From Candidatus Poribacteria bacterium (GTDB lineage: Bacteria; Poribacteria; WGA-4E; PCPOR2b): a stretch of DNA of 64,000 nt. Of the stretch, positions 61,039-64,000 are shown piece by piece (position 1 is the first letter of the stretch; each line of letters starts with the position of its first letter). The notes below the pieces were generated by a model. The model was not told the DNA's origin, searched no databases, and worked only from the letters and a program-made list of their open reading frames with translations. The stretch covers positions 448,001 through 512,000 of the forward strand of contig OZ244587.1 in NCBI GenBank assembly GCA_965218095.1, read 5' to 3'. A program made the translations under genes and the position numbers.

Positions 61039-61875
61039 ATGATGCTCATTCGCTCCACATCAAATCCACAGATCAAGTACATTCATGAATTGCGCCAAAA
61101 ACGGAAGGTGCGTAAAGCCCACCGCGAATTTTTCGTTGAAGGCGTACAGGTGATTGCTGAAGCGTACAGCTACGGCTGGAATGTGAAGCGGTTGATCTAC
61201 TGTCCGTCTATGGTATGTTCTGATTGGGCGAAGAAAACGGTTGCAGAATCTGATCCGCACACCCATCTGCAAGTTGCGGAATACCTGCTTAACAGGCTCA
61301 GTGACCGCAACGATCCGGAGCTAATGGCGGTCGTCGTACAAGCGGAAGATGACCTCGTACGGGTTCCCATTGAAGCGGATCTGCTCGTTATTGCTGTAGA
61401 CCGTCCACAGAATCCGGGGAATTTGGGGACGATCATTCGCTCCGCCGACGCCATGGGCGCCCACGGGGCGTTGATCATTGAGCCCGCTGTTGATCTCTAC
61501 CATCCAAAGACCGTCCGGGCGACGATGGGGTCGCTGTTTGCGTTGCCGGTGCCTCGTGTCAGTGAGCCCGAACTTTTCCAGGATTGGCTGAATCAAGTCC
61601 GTGCGACGCTCGACAACGTACAAGTGGTCGGGACAAGCCCACACGCTCCAATGACGATAGACCAGCGCGATTTCACGCTTCCAACGGTCCTCATCATCGG
61701 GAATGAACAATCCGGACTCAGCGATTATTTTGAAGCGATGTGTGATGCGTTAGTCTCTATCCCTATGTCCGGTTCAGCGGAGTCTCTCAACAGCGCGGTA
61801 TCCGCTTCGATTGCACTCTATGAAGCACATCGCCAACGATTGGCACGCAAAACAGGCTCTCAGAAACGCCGATAA
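61039..61875 (+). CDS. TrmH/SpoU family RNA methyltransferase
   Basis: PQNPGNLGTIIRSADA, VRATMGS, IGNEQSG, IPMSGSAESLN. Confidence 0.93.
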   Translation: MMLIRSTSNPQIKYIHELRQKRKVRKAHREFFVEGVQVIAEAYSYGWNVKRLIYCPSMVCSDWAKKTVAESDPHTHLQVAEYLLNRLSDRNDPELMAVVVQAEDDLVRVPIEADLLVIAVDRPQNPGNLGTIIRSADAMGAHGALIIEPAVDLYHPKTVRATMGSLFALPVPRVSEPELFQDWLNQVRATLDNVQVVGTSPHAPMTIDQRDFTLPTVLIIGNEQSGLSDYFEAMCDALVSIPMSGSAESLNSAVSASIALYEAHRQRLARKTGSQKRR

Positions 61876-61901
61876 AATAGAGATCGGTTGTGTTTTAGAA
61901 C

Positions 61902-63032
61902 TCATTGCCCCTCCTCATTTTTTGTTACAGGAGTGGTGAGTTTTCCCGGATCGATGGCAATCCGGATAACATCTCCCTGCATCGCTCGATCAAAAGCGGC
62001 GTTGATTCCCTCTAGCGGATAGATCGCACCGATCAACGCCTCGAATGGATAACGATCGCGCGTTTCCTCAACAAACCGAAGCGCGTCGCCCAGAACAGAT
62101 GGATGGTAATTGTGATTCCCCCGCACCGTCAGGCATTTTGTCACAATTTTGTGCGCATCGACCGTGACATCGGAGTGCTGGAAGACAAAGCCGAGTGTCA
62201 GACACTGACCACCGACTCCCAACCAGTCGAGCGAGTTTACCAACGCCCCTCCCGCCCCGCTGACCTCAACAGTGAGATCTGCACCGCGTCCACCCGTCAA
62301 ATCATCCAGGGCTTCCCCGATCTCATCCACCGACTCTTCGGAAAGGTTGAAGGTATGCGTTGCGCCGAAGGCTTCCGCCATGCGGAGCCGCTCCACGAGG
62401 CAATCCACGGCAGCGATAATCTCGCACCCTCGCTCGCGCAAACAGCATACCGCATAGATGCCTAGCATACCAGCCCCCTGCACAATCGCACAGCCGCCCT
62501 CAGGGACGTGAACCAAATCGAGTCCGCCTAAAACGGTTGCGAGTGCGCAGTTGAGTGGTATGGCTTCAGCATCGCTGATAGCATCAGGAATGCGGTAGAT
62601 CGCCGTACCGGAACGGAGGCAAATATACTCTGCGAAACTGCCATTGAGGAAATATGAATCTTCACTACGCGCATGTCCATACTTGAACAATCGCTCGCAC
62701 TTCTGCGGCAGATTCCGCTCGTCACAGTAGTAACACGCTCCGCATGCCGCCATGATGCTCCAGGTTACGCGATCTCCCTCGCGCAAAGGCTGACCATACG
62801 CATCACGCACATTTGTCGGGGAAGAAATTCGCCCAACCGCCTCATGCCCTAACACACACGGCGTTGGCGCCATGCGCTGTCCCGTAACGGTGTGCAGATC
62901 TGAACCACAGATGGTCGCCAGTGAAACTTGCACAAGTACATCGTCTGGATGCGGCAGCGTAATTTCCCGCTCGCAGATCTCAAATGGTTGTCCTTCACCA
63001 TGATATAGAGCGACAGAAGCGAATCTCTGCAT
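61902..63032 (-). CDS. Zinc-dependent alcohol dehydrogenase (MDR family)
   Basis: ICGSDLHT, LGHE, CGACYYC..QKC, GAGMLG. Confidence 0.92.
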   Translation of the reverse strand: MQRFASVALYHGEGQPFEICEREITLPHPDDVLVQVSLATICGSDLHTVTGQRMAPTPCVLGHEAVGRISSPTNVRDAYGQPLREGDRVTWSIMAACGACYYCDERNLPQKCERLFKYGHARSEDSYFLNGSFAEYICLRSGTAIYRIPDAISDAEAIPLNCALATVLGGLDLVHVPEGGCAIVQGAGMLGIYAVCCLRERGCEIIAAVDCLVERLRMAEAFGATHTFNLSEESVDEIGEALDDLTGGRGADLTVEVSGAGGALVNSLDWLGVGGQCLTLGFVFQHSDVTVDAHKIVTKCLTVRGNHNYHPSVLGDALRFVEETRDRYPFEALIGAIYPLEGINAAFDRAMQGDVIRIAIDPGKLTTPVTKNEEGQ

Positions 63033-63109
63033 ACGAATATCCTTTCAAAGGCATCAACGCATTGGTGAATCAGCGAATGGGCAGAACTAGTTTTGCACCC
63101 CATCACGTT

Positions 63110-64000
63110 TCACACATCACGCTTCACTTTTCCACTCATCCAAAGCCGAAACGCGAGTATCGCCGAAATGACGACCAATCCGCCTGCTACAGCAAACGGT
63201 AGGGGTGCGTGCACTGATTCGAGTCTACCACTGACGACGTGACCTGAGAGGAAGCCTGAACTCCACGCGAGATGTGTAATCCCGACGCCACGCCCTTTCT
63301 CCTCTGTTGTAGAAAATTCATCAATAAAGCTGGGCATCGTAATCGAAATCGACCATGCGGCGCCCGCTCCAAAAACGCCCGCCGCATACAGGATAACTGT
63401 CGAACTGGTATATAGCGTAACCAGTATAACACTCAGTGCAACAAGACAGGTTGCCACAAGCGCGGTAATCCGAGCGCCAACGATGTCGCAAATACGCCCT
63501 GAAAGCAGTTGACAACAGGCGGCAAACAGATCTCTCGATGCACCATAGTATCCTGCTATCTTGATACCCGCCGTGCGCTTGATGAGCACCGGCAGAAGCA
63601 GACTGACGGTTCCCCAATAGTAAGTTGGCAGAAAACGCATGCCGAGCAGCAGGCGAATCTCTCGGCGTCGAAGCATTTTGCAGTACCCTGCCAGCGTTTG
63701 GACGAAAGATTTCCGTGCAGTGTCTTTCGTGCTTCTTGGCAAGCCGGGCAGGAGTATAAGCGCTGCCAGGATAAGCAAGAACATGACAAAGATCGCCCCA
63801 CCCCCTACGACGCCGTAGTTGAAACGAGCGATTAACTCGCCGCCAATCGCATTGCCAACTGAACCGCCGAATGTATACGTAAGAAAGTAGACCGCGGCTG
63901 CAAAGCCAAGCCAATTTGGATCGACGGCGCCGATGAGATACGATTGTCCGCCAGCCGTTCGGAATCCGGAAGCAACCCCCTGATAGCACAGAATGCCCAA
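63110..64000 (-). CDS. MFS transporter (5'-truncated by the window edge)
   Basis: Multiple TM helices; SGRICDIVGAR motif A. Confidence 0.85.
   Translation of the reverse strand: MGILCYQGVASGFRTAGGQSYLIGAVDPNWLGFAAAVYFLTYTFGGSVGNAIGGELIARFNYGVVGGGAIFVMFLLILAALILLPGLPRSTKDTARKSFVQTLAGYCKMLRRREIRLLLGMRFLPTYYWGTVSLLLPVLIKRTAGIKIAGYYGASRDLFAACCQLLSGRICDIVGARITALVATCLVALSVILVTLYTSSTVILYAAGVFGAGAAWSISITMPSFIDEFSTTEEKGRGVGITHLAWSSGFLSGHVVSGRLESVHAPLPFAVAGGLVVISAILAFRLWMSGKVKRDV

Noticed and set aside
1-64000. tRNA, rRNA or prophage genes
   Set aside because: No cloverleaf/T-loop pattern, rRNA-like segment or phage structural gene was recognised by eye; a tRNAscan/Infernal run would be needed to exclude them fully.

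Overview
A roughly 50% GC bacterial chromosome segment. The gene content suggests Candidatus Poribacteria or a similar diderm (inference): PhyH dioxygenases, a sulfatase and an FGE-family protein, a BMC shell protein with AldDH, an FG-GAP protein with an 'LLQNFPNPFNPETWIPY' C-terminal domain, and a Kdo transferase. Intact housekeeping genes (lepA, lepB, pyrF, rlpA, argH, nadC, fdhD, tpiA, secG, larB, rsmI, folB, waaA, trxA) alternate with many decayed accessory genes. The most notable non-annotated element is a 775-nt, AT-rich, ORF-less group IIB intron (20785-21559, minus strand). It has intact DV and DVI and an EBS1 matching its 5' exon, and it sits exactly between a Shine-Dalgarno sequence and the ATG of the next gene. 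Other highlights: a two-gene dndC-dndD phosphorothioation operon (no dndB/dndE) convergent with an SBD-HNH phosphorothioate-reader nuclease; two IS5-family elements plus three ~165-bp MITEs sharing their terminal repeats; an exported YdjY-like/acylphosphatase fusion; a coiled-coil-Hfq-like protein; dispersed degenerate 7-8-mer repeat tracts; and a consistent C:G>T:A nonsense pattern in accessory genes. No tRNA, rRNA or CRISPR array was recognised. All family assignments come from motif recognition, not database searches.
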